Under the pieces are notes generated by a model. That model made no database searches. It was given only the letters and a program-made list of their open reading frames with translations, and was not told the origin of the DNA. A DNA stretch of 64,000 nt from assembly GCF_009914755.1 (NCBI RefSeq), contig NC_060928.1, one strand, 5' to 3'. Position numbers and translations under genes: made by a program. Shown piece by piece: positions 40,910 to 54,100 of the stretch. The stretch is from the human T2T-CHM13v2.0 reference genome, Homo sapiens. Each line of letters opens with the position of its first letter. Position 1 is the first letter of the stretch.

Positions 40910-42345
40910 TTATGTTGTTGGTGGTGAATATTTGGGTTGTTTCTGTCTTTTGGCTACTGTGACTAATACTGCTATGAACATTGATATACACATATTTTTT
41001 TGAGTCCTGTCTTTCAAATGCTTTGGGTATATATCTAGAAGTGGAATTTCTCGATTTTATAGTAACATCATGTTTAACTTTTTGTTTTGCTTTTATTAGC
41101 ATTTTGATACATAATAATTATACATATTTATGGAGTACTGAGTGATATTTCAATATAGGTATACAATGGGTAATGATGAAATTGAGAGTATTAGCATATC
41201 CATCACCTCAAACATTTATAATTTCTTTGCACTGGGAACATTCAAAATCTGTGCTTCTAGCCATTTGAAAATGTACAATAAATTGTTATTAAATACAGTC
41301 ACCCTATAGTGCAATAAAACACCAGAATTTCATGTATTTCCTATGTGAATAAAATAAAATACAATAAAAATGGGAGTGAAAATATTTTAACTGTTTGATA
41401 TACTGATTTTCTTTCCTCTTGATTACTAATTTACATACCCACCAACAATGTATAAGGCTTTCCCTTTCTCTGCATCCACATCAGCATTTGTTATTTTTCA
41501 TCATTTTAATAATAACCATTCTAACTGGAGTGAGAAGATACCTCATGGTTTTGATTTGAATTTCTCTCAGAATTAGTGATGTTGAGCATTTCTTCATAGA
41601 CCTGTTGTCCACTTCTAAGTCTTTTTGAGAAATATCTGTTCAGATACTTTGCCCACTTTTTAATTTGATTATTTGCTTTTTGCTGTTTAGCTCTTTGAGT
41701 TCCTTGTGTATTCTGCATATTAGTCCTTTGTTGCATGAATAAATTGCAAATATTTTCTCCTACTTTATAGGTTGTCTCTTCACTCTGTTGATTTTTTCCC
41801 TTGCTGTGCAGAAGCTCTTAAGTTTGATATAATCTCTCTCATTCGTGTATTTTTGTTTTGTTGCTTGTACTGAGGTCTTCTCTATAAAATATTTGCCCAG
41901 ATCAGTATCCTGAAGCATTTCCCCTATGATTTTTTTGGTAGTTTCAAATCTTACATTTACATCTTCAATCCATTTGATTTGATTTTTGTACATGGTGATA
42001 GATAGGGGTCTAGTTTCATTTGTATCCACATGGTTATTTGTTTTTTTCAGCACTATTTGTTGAAGATACTGTTTCTTTCTCAATGAAAGTTCTTGGCACC
42101 ATTGTTGAAATTAGTTGGCTACAATACACACAAACATGTAAATTTATTTCTGAGTTTCCTATTTCATTTCATTGTCTACATGTCTGTTTTTAGGCCTGTA
42201 GCATGCTGTTTTGGTTACTATAGCTCTACAGCATAATTTTGAAGTCAGGTTATGTGATGACTCTTTGTTATTTTTGCTCAAGATTTCTTTGACTATCTGG
42301 GATCTTTACCATTACCATATGAATTTTAAGATTTTTTTCTTTTCT
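40910..42345 (-). mobile_element. L1MA-type fragments (3' end at ~41085-41330, ORF2 at ~41390-42345)
   Basis: Minus-strand ORFs give L1 ORF2-like peptides (DYIKLKSFCTAREKINRVKRQP; NQIKKWAK); L1MA tail catatccatcacctcaaacattta. Confidence 0.85.
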
Positions 42346-42349
42346 AAAA

Positions 42350-42515
42350 AGTTTCAACCTTTATTTTAAATTCAAGGATACATGTGTAGGGTACGCAGGT
42401 TTGTTACATAGGTAAATGTGTGCCATGGTGGTTTGCTACACAGATCATCCTATCACCCAGGTATTAAGCCCAGCATCTATTCTTCATGATCTTCTCCCTC
42501 CTCTCAACCCTCACC
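42350..42515 (-). mobile_element. L1PA (PA12-15-like) 3' end
   Basis: caggtttgttacataggtaaatgtgtgccatggtggtttgct...cacccaggtattaagcccagcat. Confidence 0.85.
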
Positions 42516-43145
42516 AAATCCTGCAGTTGAAAAATTTAATGAATGAAATAAAAAATACAATAGAGAGTTTCAACAACAGACTTGATCAAGCAGAAGAAAG
42601 AAGCTGTGAACTTGAAGATAGACCATTTGAAATTACCCACTGAGAGAAAGGATAAAATTGTATGAAGAAAGCCGACAAGTTTTATGAGACAACACAAACA
42701 ACTATGCTTATTATGAGCATTACAGAAGAAGAAGATAAGGGAAAAGGCATAAAATGCATTTAATAAGATAATAGCTAAAAGCTTTCCAAGTCTGAGGCAA
42801 GATATTGAATTCCAGATGCAGTAATTGCAAAAGTTTCCAAATATATTTTACTCAGAAAGGTCCAACTCAAGGAACATTATAGTGAAATTGTCAGAAGTCA
42901 AAGATAAAGAGAAAATAACAAGAAGAAAATGCCCAGTCTCAAATAAGGGAATCCTCACTAGACTTATAGCGCATGTCTCTGCTGAATTCTTACAGGCCAG
43001 TAGAGAATGGGATGACATATTCAATGTACTAAAAATAAAAATTAGCCAAGAATACCATACTCAGCAAAACTTCAGTAATGAAGTCTTTTAGAAATGAGCA
43101 AGGAATACATTCTTTTCCATATAAGCAAAAGCTGAGGGAATTCAT
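42516..43145 (+). mobile_element. L1M ORF1 remnant
   Basis: Peptides MNEIKNTIESFNNRLDQAEER...ELEDR and LQASREWDDIFNVLK are L1 ORF1p-like. Confidence 0.85.
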
Positions 43146-43375
43146 CTATGTAGCATTCTTAAAATGAGAAAATTACAGAAATGGAAAAAGACTAGTGGCT
43201 CCAGGGGTTAAGATTGTGGAAATGGGTGCAGCACTAAAAGGGCAACAGAATGGATCCTTCTGATGATGAAACTCTTTTGTAGATACAATGTTTTTACGTC
43301 AATATTCTGGTGGTTATTTTTAGTTATGCAAGATGTTATTGTCAAGTGAAACTAGATTACTTTGTATTATTTCTT

Positions 43376-43678
43376 TTTCTTTCTTTTTTTTTTTGTTTGA
43401 GACAGGATCTCACTTTATCACCCTGGCTGAAGTACACTGGCATGATCATAGCTAAATGAAGCTTTAACCTTCTGTTCTCAAGTGATCCTTTTGCCTCAGC
43501 CTAGGAGTGGCTAGGACTACACGTGCATAACTCCACTCCTGGCTAGTTTTTAAAGATTTCTGTAGAGATAGGATCTTCTATGTTGCCCAGGCTGGTCTTA
43601 AACTCCTGGCCTCAAGTGATCCTTCTGTGTCAGCCTCCCAATGTGCTGGGATTACAGACATGAGCCACTATGTCCAGT
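43376..43678 (-). mobile_element. AluJ
   Basis: Diverged Alu dimer with T-rich tail; catgatcatagct is J-type. Confidence 0.92.
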
Positions 43679-43691
43679 TTGATTATTTCTT

Positions 43692-43988
43692 TTCTTTTTT
43701 TTTTTTTTGAGACGGGGTCTCGTTCTGTTGCCCAGGCTGGAGTGCAGTTGTGCGATCTCGGTTCACTGAAACCTCCACCTCCCAGGTTCAAGCAATTCTC
43801 ATGCCTCAGCCTCCTGAGTGGCTGGGATTACAGATGCGTGCCACCACGCTGGCAATTTTTTTGTATTTTTAGTAGAGACAGGGTTTCACCGTGTTAGCCA
43901 GAATGGTCTTGATCTCCTAACCTTGTGATCTACCCGCCACGGCCTCCCAAAGTGCTGGGATTACAGGCATGAGCCACTGTGCCCGGCC
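43692..43988 (-). mobile_element. AluS (Sc-like)
   Basis: Full Alu dimer ending gcccggcc, flanked by tg(t)attatttctt repeats. Confidence 0.95.
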
Positions 43989-44159
43989 TGTATTATTTCT
44001 TAATATGACAGATGAATCTACAATCATCTCAAAAAGAGTTAAACTAAGAAATAAGCATATTTTTAAATATGACCATTGTAGATGTTAAGATTCAGCTGAC
44101 ATTATAAGATTCTTAACACTCTCTTAATCTGACAAAAGTTAATATATTTTACAAAAATC

Positions 44160-44960
44160 ATTGTAATATATGGAAATAAGTAATCTATAGGTACATAAGC
44201 AGAATATTAACAGACAGTTCATAGAATACAATATTCAAAGGGGTAACAAGTATGTGGAGAGATAAGCAACTTTACTGGGAATCAGGTACAAGAACATAAT
44301 AAAACTACCTACCAGGTCTGAAAATATTAAAAATGTAAACTTCAGTAAGAGTTTAGAGATGTGCAGAAACAAAATATCTGATGGATTTGTATTTTATAGG
44401 CAAGCATATTAGTACAGGCTTCCTAGAGAGCACTCTTAGAGTGCTTGGTCAAATTTAACATATACACATACATGTACCCATACCCATACACATCACAAAC
44501 ACGCACACTCACAGAACCTATGATCTTGCAATTCTTCTTCTTTGTACATAGCCCAGTATAATTCACACACTATTCCATTAGAAGACATATATACAGATGT
44601 TAATTTCCATGCATTCTGGGGTAAGGAAAAATTCAGGATAACTTGTAGGTCTGTTAATGCAGACATAGGTAAAACAATATGATGATATACAGTAAAGAAT
44701 ATTATGCAGCCATTGGAAGCATCAAACAAGATGTAGACACAGAAATGCAGACAAATTTTAATATTATGGAAAGAAAATGTTGCCACTAACAAGAAAAGTT
44801 TTCTGAATTTTTACAGAACGTATTTCTACAAATATACATGACCTAATCAGTGCTATGTATTTACAAGGACACATGTAATTATAAGGATATATATATATAT
44901 AACATATTGAAAGCTTGCCAATGTGTGGAGAGGGGTTAAAGTAAATAAATAATAAAATAA
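44160..44960 (+). mobile_element. Decayed L1ME-like 3' fragment
   Basis: aacctatgatcttgcaattc and gaatattatgcagccattgg resemble old L1 3' regions. Confidence 0.5.
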
Positions 44961-45989
44961 TATTATTAAAATATTAAAATTTTATATGATATACTAGGGC
45001 ATTTTTTCTGGTTTTTTCCTCCTACCCTAATAATAATGAGCAGAGTCAAACTCCAAAAACAAAAAGGTCTTAATTACCTGGTATTCTAAAGAGACCTGCC
45101 AGTAACTGAGGCCAGTTATCTCTCTCAGGGCTTATTAAATATTAAGAAGTGACTGAACCAGCTGGACTACCTCCAATCATCACCCTGGCAACAACTTATC
45201 CCTCAATTCACAGTTCCTAAAATATTAAAAAAAAAAAAAACAAAAACAGATCCTCTGCCTAATACAGGCTGTAGTAACTCTTTCATGATTCACCCCACCA
45301 TGTGATGAGACATTTCCACCCCATAAGCCATGTGCCTAATGAAAATCCCAAAATAATCACTTGTTGAGCTCGAAAGAGCTGAAGTATCTATACCACAAAA
45401 TCTATAGGATTTATTTTTTACATGGCAGATTAGATCCAGAGGCAGAGATAGAGTGGAGACCCAGGGACAACTTTGGACCAGTCAGTCTGAATTTGCCAGG
45501 GTATCTTGGAGAAATGACTATGCATTTCTCAAATCGACACGCTGCATGAAGATTGGGGCTGAGCCACACATTTGTTCATGTGAAGTCCAGAATTGTGCAA
45601 TGCGTGATCATATGGATCAAAGTGCCTTAAACATTATTCTGATCCTTCTTTTGTTGGAAGAGCCTTCATTGTGACAATTTCCTCGAAAGACGATAAGTAT
45701 AACATCAAGTTGTCTAGTTGTCAAGTTTCTAAAAAGATACACTCACAATTTAAAACAGACTACCGAACAGGGGGGCTACCGTGGGATATCATTTCTGTTT
45801 TGCCATTGTGTTTCAAAAGTGATAGATACTTTTTAGTAATTTATAGAAAAAAAGGAAATGAAAACTTCCAGAAATTTAGGATTATGTAAGTTAGAAATCA
45901 AGGATACATCTTGGGCACCCTACTTTCTTTTACTTAGCTTATTTGATCACAATACCCTATTTATCTTATGGATTATTTATTGTTTTGAA

Positions 45990-47620
45990 ACTGTCCATTT
46001 CTAATAATATCAACTTTCATCATCTTAAACTAAGCTGGCATCATCTCTAAACCTCATCTATGTAATTGTCTCTAGACTTCCATAATTCATCCTGACTCCA
46101 ATCAGTTTATTACACTGAAGCTAGGGTGGTTATTTAAAAATACAATTCTAGTCATATTGCTATCCCAGTGCTACCCTCCATCTTCTAACTGAAAACATTT
46201 CACAAGTTTTATGTTGTGTACAAGTCAGGAGGTTGGACTAAAAATCAATAAAAAAGCTTCATCTGGCCTACAAGTCCCTGCATTTACTGCCTCCTCCTAA
46301 AATGGTCACTAACACAACATGTTGATCAAATTTAAGTTTCTTAGATATATTGGAAAGGTACCTCCTGAACAAGAGATCCAAGGGGAGATACCACCTTGAC
46401 AGTCTTAGTAGTATTTCAGAAGAAAAAAGCTAGGGGACAATATTTATCGAGTTTTTAAATCTAAACTCAAATGGTGTAAGGACAGTATTTCAAGTTAGGA
46501 AAATTACTAGCATTGGGCACATTTTGTATCATAATAAAAGCTTAGCATTTAGAGACCCAGGTTAGAAGTGAATTTTGTTAAGTAAATTGTTGTTTGATAA
46601 ATGCACTGGTTGTCCAAGATATCAATGGATTCTTCTGATCAATGAACTATTTTCCCAGAGGAGCAACTGATTATTCAGATAGATCGACATGTAGGAACTT
46701 CACAAAAGAACCAGAGATGGTATCTATTGGTTTACAGACTAATTTCCAAGGCAAGAATTCCTTTAAACCACTAGAAAAATCTGTTGAGTCACTGATTCAT
46801 ATAGTTGTCTCTGGTGGCTTCAATTCTTAGTCCTTAATAATTAAACTACCTGGATGAGGAAGGTCTCAGTTCTCATTCTTCAGCTTGAGGCTTATACTAA
46901 CTCTTCTCTGTCTCCTCTAGCCATAGTCCCTTGTATCAGGGACTTGTAACAGGGATTTAAATATACTTTGGTCCTTCTTTCAGCAAAGTTTTCGAATATG
47001 CATTTTCCTCCACATGGAATGCTCTTAACGTAGTTTACTCCTATTTCTTTTTCACAGCGCTGTCATGACTTCCTAGAAGTCTTTCCTGACACCTCTGCCT
47101 AGGCGAAATCACCTTATGCTGTGCTTTCATAGTTCCATCAATTTCTTATTTGTAGCACTTGTTACAGTTGTAATTGTATTTTGTTGCTTGATTATTTGAT
47201 GAAGAGGCACCTCCTCCACCAGACTAAATTTTAAGAGGTAAGGTTCCCAGCAGTTTGGGAGGCCGAGGCAGGCAGATCACGAGGTCAGGAGATTGAGACC
47301 ATCCTGGCTAACACAGTAAAACCCCGCTTCTACTAAAAATACAAAAATTAGCGGGGCGTGGTGGCGGGTGCCTGTAGTCCCAGCTATTGGGGAGGCTGAG
47401 ACAGGAGAATGGCTTGAACCTGGGAGGCGGAGCTTGCAGTGAGCTGAGATCGCGCACCACTGCACTCCAGCAGCCTGGGCAACAGAGCGAGACTCCGTCT
47501 CCGCCCCCCACCCCAAAAAAAAGAGGTAAGGTTCTATATTGCTCTGGCTCACTCTTAGACTCTCATTTTCTACTACAGCATCAGTCACATATTAGATACC
47601 CAAATATTTGGATGGAGAGA
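45990..47620 (+). mobile_element. L2 fragments, interrupted by a probable LTR remnant (~46300-46850) and an AluY
   Basis: ctggccctacaagtccctgcat; ttcctccacatggaatgctctt; agaagtctttcctgac; terminal caaatatttggatgga. Confidence 0.55.
47247..47520 (+). mobile_element. AluY, 5'-truncated by ~30 bp
   Basis: Y-type positions (atcctggctaacac, ggagcttgcagtg); 14-bp TSD aagaggtaaggttc at 47233-47246 / 47521-47534. Confidence 0.93.
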
Positions 47621-48759
47621 TCAATGGAAAACAACTCCCTACCTAAACAATGTATCTGATTTTATTTGCTACAAAAAATAATATACAGAATATTTTCCCA
47701 ACAAGCATGCCAGAGACTCAGTATCACATAATTTAAATATTTAAACAATATGACCCTTTTTAAAAAATCTAAAATTTCGGAATTAGGCATTATAATTTAT
47801 GAAATATGTTAACCAAAGTGATTCATGGCAATTAGGATTATTCAAAGCACTTTAATACATGAGAAAAAAATTTTCAAAACAGCAAAACTTTTTCACTTTT
47901 TATTTTACAGTATTTTCTCAGAAGATATTATGTAACCAAACTTAAATATAGAAATTTGAGTTTTAACATCTGTGAACAATAAGAAAATGCTTTATTCATT
48001 ATAATCATAGATGATGGGATTATTAAACATAAAACTAATATTTTAAATTAATGTATTTTTTCATATTTTTTCCTCAAATTAATTTTAGTTTTATGTCACA
48101 GGGGAAATGATCGATTGAGCATACATACACATTCTCTCACACACAGAGTTATGAGGGAAAATGAAAAAATAAATAATTTTAAAACAAGCCATTTACTTTT
48201 TTTTCTATCTCCACAGGCTATAGACTAAACTTAAGTGAATTGAAATTAAATAACATTTATTAAGCATCTACACAGGCCTCTCACTGGAAGGTAGTATGGG
48301 ATAGAAATAGAGAATAAAATGGGTAAATTCCCTTTCTTGTTTCTAAACTAGAGGAGATAGATAAATAAGAAACTGAATTAAATATATTTATATGAGTCCA
48401 AATGGTAAAATAATATAATACATTTGGAGATTAGCATAACTGACATGCCAATGAAGTAGACAGATTTACAAAAGATTTGGATATCAAGGAAAACTTAAAA
48501 ATAGATGAAGAAACACAATAGGGGACTTTATAATAACAGAGCTTAAAGAGATACTATAACACATTCGGTTATATTCACTTAAGCATTTTCTTTCTAGGTC
48601 AACTTGTTTGAATGTAGTCTCCTGAGAAGAATAATTCACTGTCAAGTCATACCGTACTGTTTATATGAATGTGCTGATTGTGAAGACTTAATTTGTGTAA
48701 TTAAAGGAGCGGAACAAAAAAATAAGGATACATCAAAATTGCATTGATATGATGAAATG

Positions 48760-51100
48760 GCAAGAATGAATCTCATAATTAGGAGACCAGAAGCATCAGA
48801 GACCCAAGCACCAAAATTGGAAAACATTTTTTCACAGGGCCCTGTCATTTCTGCATATCTTGTGATAAGAGGTACTAAGGGCACTTTGTTGTAGATTATC
48901 TTTCCAAAGATATTTATAAAAGGAACAAGTTTGAACAACGTCTCCTTCTAGAGCAAAAGATAGGCATGCTTTCTTCCCATTATAAAAATGCAGATTCTTT
49001 TAACTCAAGGTTCCTTTTGTTTAATTTCAACCACACTGCATGTGCTAGCATCCATCTAGTCTATTCTGCACCATCCCATGGGATGGAGGGGTAAAGGAAA
49101 CTGATGCAAATTTGTGCATGTTCATGTTGCTTGCTGTACACTGACACAGAAATCGTCTACCTTATAGTAGTATCCACAGAGCTTGTTAGATGTCAACTTA
49201 GGTAACATCTCAAACCTTTCATACTTCTGCACAGTTTTGGGAATGAAGATGGGATGCTGACAGAAATACAGCTTTCTGAAAAGAAAACATAAGGGCGTGG
49301 TAGGCCAATTAACCTAATTTGAAGGAACACCATCAGAATAAATAGCAAATGTGTTGAACAAACTGTATGGTAAATTGGGCAAAATAGTCCTCTTCTTTAT
49401 TGCCTGTTGATGAGAAGAAAACAGGACAGTAGTTAGAAGATGAGTACTTGAAATAGTTTCAGAGACAAGTTCCTGAACAATATCCTTATTGTTTACTATC
49501 CTTTAGGCGGAGAATTTCTTAAAGAACTGGTGGTCAGCCTTGTTCCATTTGATTGCAACAACTAGTGCTAAGATATGTCCTCTTTCAGACAATAGTTAGA
49601 AAAGCATGTGCCTAAGCTGAATGAGAACAAAAAAAAAATTCACCAGTATGATGGGCCACTTTGAGTACTTTCTTTCTCTTGGAAGTTGAGGGAATATGGC
49701 ACGTATTGCTTGTTAAAAGAAAATGGCAAAACTTGGATTGTCTTAGAGCTTAACTCTCCTGGAGCTATTATGCCAACCTCAGCTCTGTTGAAAGTCATCA
49801 TGTTATAACCATGATGTTATCACACCTCTGTTATCAGGGACAATGTTTCAATACTTAAAATTCAGTTCACCGAGTAAAGTTTCTAGGAACTATGTCGACA
49901 GATTCACAATGCTGAACTCCTCTGGCATTCAATGAAATTTACAATTTATTTGGATGGCTGCCTGGCCAAAAAAAAAGGGTTAGCACCTTATTGGAGTCTT
50001 TAGATATTGAAGATAGTACATGGCAAATTTATGCATTCTTTTTGATCTTTTATATTGGCTGTCCTACAAAGAAGCATTCTTTCAGGGGTGCCTAAACTAA
50101 TATACTCTTTTGGAAATTGTCCATCCAGTTGTGGCACGTTCTTTATCTTTGTGGTGCCCTAACAAAAATGACCATTTTGGGCTATAAGTCTCTGTGATTG
50201 ATAATCTTGCTGACTAGAGTCTGAGCAAAGAGAGGCAGCTTCCCTACCCAAAGGTACTCCCTAGGATATTTGGACTTAATGCTTTGCTGACATGGCTCTC
50301 ACATATACTCCTTTTGAAGACAACCATCAGATTGCTATGAGGCTCTCATCAAAACTGAATGCCTAACCAAGGGATCTGGCGACCGTCTTGCCAGATATTC
50401 CCATGTCGCAGTATGCACAATTGTACTAAATAACAAGGTAGAAAGAACCCAATAAGCCTTATTTGCCTATTGGAAATGATATATTCAAATAAATAATAAA
50501 ATCATCTTAGCCCTAATAGCATTTTGGCATTACATGAAAAAGTTGCAGTAATCTTCCACTCTGCCACCTGGAGCAAAGCTTCTGGCTCATTAGGACCCTC
50601 GATCCACCAAGGCACCCATAATGCCTGGGCTTGATTCAGTGATGATTCAGCTAAACTAAAAGCCATTATTGTCATTGGACTAGTGAGGTGTTCAGAACTG
50701 AACTAAGTATAATCAAAAGCAAACATGGTCACTATGCTTACTGAGCAGAACTAAAAGCCATTCTCACAGCTCTGGCCAATCCCTTGATGGTCCTTTACAT
50801 ATTTTACTGACTCTTGGTCTGTTGCCAGTGCCCTAGGTGTTTCATCTGCCACTTTAAAAACTTTGGACTGGCAGGTTAGACACTCTTTTTGGAATTATTT
50901 AACTATGGAAACAAATATTGGCTGCTTATCAAAACATCTAGGTAACTTGAGAAGATACTCAGAGTAAGAGCCAGTTCTATGATAAGTCAAACAGAAAATA
51001 AGATGTTGCTCAAGGATATACTGCCCAGATTATTACCATTACTGTCAGAAACCATCATTATAGTGAATATGCAACATATTCTGGATTACATCTGTTTACA
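48760..51100 (+). mobile_element. Decayed ERVL-class provirus: LTR (LTR47/LTR53/MER76-like, ~48760-49230) plus deleted gag/pol remnant
   Basis: RT thumb-like segment near 49970-50100 (HLIGVF.Y..., compare ERVL L.GLFG.WRQH) and RNase H-like TDSWSVASALG at ~50806-50840, with many stops and frameshifts. Confidence 0.65.
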
Positions 51101-54100
51101 GTGTGAAGGACTCCATATATTTCTTTTGCTTTTGACCTCAGAGTCTTTTGTCTTCTACCAAGATCCATGGAACTTTAGCAGACTAACTTGTTCACTTGTA
51201 ATTTGTGTAAAATTTCAGACCCTTCACAATTCTTGATGCTTATAGTTAAACATTTTAAAACTTGGGATTTAGGAGGTATAATACTTTTCATATGTAATAT
51301 TTGAATTGTGGAATGTGTGTATATGAATGTTCATGTGCATATGAATATCTCCATTTCTCAGTTAATAAAATATATTTATAAAATTTCATCGTGTGTATGA
51401 AAATGGGAGGTTTTAGACGATTTTGAAGAATGGTTTTCCAGATATGCTTTGTAGAGACAATGGCAATTGAAGTGTTAACCTGAGTATTTTTCCAAGTAAA
51501 ACTCCTACAGGAACAAATGCTGCATCTTTAAAATTATAATTATTTTAAAACCAAAATATTTCAACTACTCAATATTTATATCAGCAACAAATAGGGATAG
51601 GTTAAAAGTTGTGTTATTATAATATAGAGAACACTATGTTATTGCTATCTTTTACTTTTCAGACATGTATTTGTAGAAATGATCAATTTATTAGTTTTAT
51701 TATGCACTAAATTCATTTTTTAATGAAAGAAACTCACCCAAAATACTGTAAGTAAATTAGTGAAAATAAAATATTGAATTCCAAGAATGAATGGTAGGAT
51801 TTGAAAAGCAAATATTTAAATTATTATCAAGAACATGAAGCATTTTCCCCACAGTTGTATTTCTTTTTCCATGAGGAACTAGGTTTATTAGATCTATTGC
51901 CATGCAAGCTAATGCATTACATTCCACCAGAACAAATGATAACTGTGGGCTAGTTTTCATTGCCACAGAAAGCAGATATAAATTTCAAAGTTAGTTCTTT
52001 TGGATTGGCTCCTACATATACAGTACCAACTGAAAAATCCCCTCATCATTAAAAATGGGAAGATAAACATTCCCTGCACATTTGGTAGAGTTTTTTTTTT
52101 TTTTTTAATCAGTAAATACAGTCACGGATAAGAGAATAAGGGTTTTACAGACACAAATACTGTTTTTTTCCTAGCAGAGGATATGAACCACCCAACACAA
52201 CCATCCATTCCGAGATTCAATGTCAGACAAACCGTTGCCAGTAAAGTCTTACCTAACAGAGTTTTATGAGAAAAAACTATCCTTTGACTTTTTTGTTAAA
52301 TGTTTGGAAATCATTTTCTATTTTGGCCTCTTTACTCTCCCAGGAGCTGGTTACATAGAAAAGTATGTTCTCACATTGAGTGGTTCTAGCATTGCTAATT
52401 GAAAATTGTTTTTGCCATTATTTTGGTGCCTTGTTACTGCATTTTAGCAACCACCATATAAATTTGGACAACATAATAAAATTCCTTCTAGAAAAAGGAC
52501 ATGTCTGATATACTACAACTCTATTTCAACTTTGTATGAGAGAGTAGCAAAGTAGTGATTCAGTGCATAGCTCTCTGAAGTATATACTATTTTGTTTTCT
52601 GTGTATATCCAATATACCATGTGAAATGGCAAAATTATCTCTTTGTTTCTCATTCATTTAATAGAAACTTTTTTCACATGGGAGAATTTAAAGGCCTTAC
52701 TGACACAAAGTCATTTTCAGGAAACCTTACAAAATTCCCAGTTATTATACCAAGTTCATGACCTACTCTACCTACTGTTAACCAAATGGCCATCACACCT
52801 TAAATAAGTTAATATTTGTAGATGTGTAGTTTAAATATGACTGAATATGCTGTGTTCCTTAGGGAAGTAATAGAAAAGTTTGGAAACACTGGACTGTCAA
52901 AACTTGATTATTTGGACTCTGTTTTTTATGCCCTTCACACACTGGAATGCAAGCTGCCTGAGGGCTGACTTTTCTCTACTAATTTAACTGAATTTCCAAA
53001 TTTCCTAGAATTTCACATACAGTGTAGTAGATATACACGTATACAAGCACCTATACTTCGGAGTTCCCAAAGTATTAATCAGAATTATAATTGTTTTTCC
53101 CATTGCAATTCATTCCTAATATAGGTGAAGTAAATATTGACAAGGTAGGATGGTTACTATTTTGAGATATCAGAGTTCTGCTGAAAGAAATTGACATTTA
53201 AAAACCAATATTGATTCCCTCTTAATTTCAGAGGTATTAGAGTTATTAGTGAGGAATATTATTATGATATGTATACAATAAAACTCTTAACTTTTGTTGT
53301 CTAAAGAATGTAATCTTAATTCAATAAGCTTTATAAATTTTATAAATGGAACTTCTCTCCTAGAATATTTGCAGAGTCAGTTTTGAGCTTCACAAAATAA
53401 TCAGTGGAGATTCAGCGTTAAGTAAAGAAAAAGTAAGTGAAACTAAAACCCATATAATAAATTAAGACCTTCTTGAACTTAAAATAATTGTTTTTTTCTC
53501 TTGAATATCCAAATACCTGTAATTATGTTTTTATAATTATTATTTTCTAAATCACTACATATTAATTCTTTTGAGTTTAAAGGGTCCAAAGAACACAGCT
53601 TTTTTTTTAGTTCTATATAAATTGTTGACATATAAAATAATGAGGTAGATGGAAGTTAAAACATCATCTTTATTTGAGATGAAATATGGTGTTAGATGTG
53701 TCTTTGTGGAAGAGTGAGCTTTCTTATAATTAGAATAACTACATTATTTAGCATCTAAACCAGAACACTTTTAAGAGAAAAAAAAGCAGCAATGTTAATA
53801 ATTTCATTGTGAAAATAAGTGTAAACCAGGACTGTCCTAACAAACAGGGGCATTTATTTCCACTATTTGTAATAAACCACAGGTTTGATCAACCTCTCTT
53901 CCCTGTACCAGCCTGTGCTGAATGATCCCAGGCTTCTCCTTTGGAAGCAAACCATTTTGAATTCAAACTGGAAAGTAGAGAAGAACACGTATTTCAGTAG
54001 GCAGATTTGCTACCAAGAAGTAAAGGGAAGAATTGAGCCAAGCTCAAGTGATTAGTTTGTTCTCCCCAAATTTAACGCCAAGCCTTTAATGTTGGAAGAA

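Noticed and set aside
45361-45889. Chain of short plus-strand ORFs in slightly GC-richer unique sequence
   Set aside because: No consistent frame, splice pair or recognisable domain on either strand.
47277-47659. ORFs overlapping Alus (also 9431-9741, 10547-10762, 13033-13224, 16705-17045, 43670-43897, 63413-63682)
   Set aside because: Typical Alu-derived translation artefacts.
52253-52487. Possible minus-strand exon (ttttctag...TAG|gtaaga); similar case at 16377-16428
   Set aside because: Composition is indistinguishable from the AT-rich background, and such splice-site pairs are common by chance.
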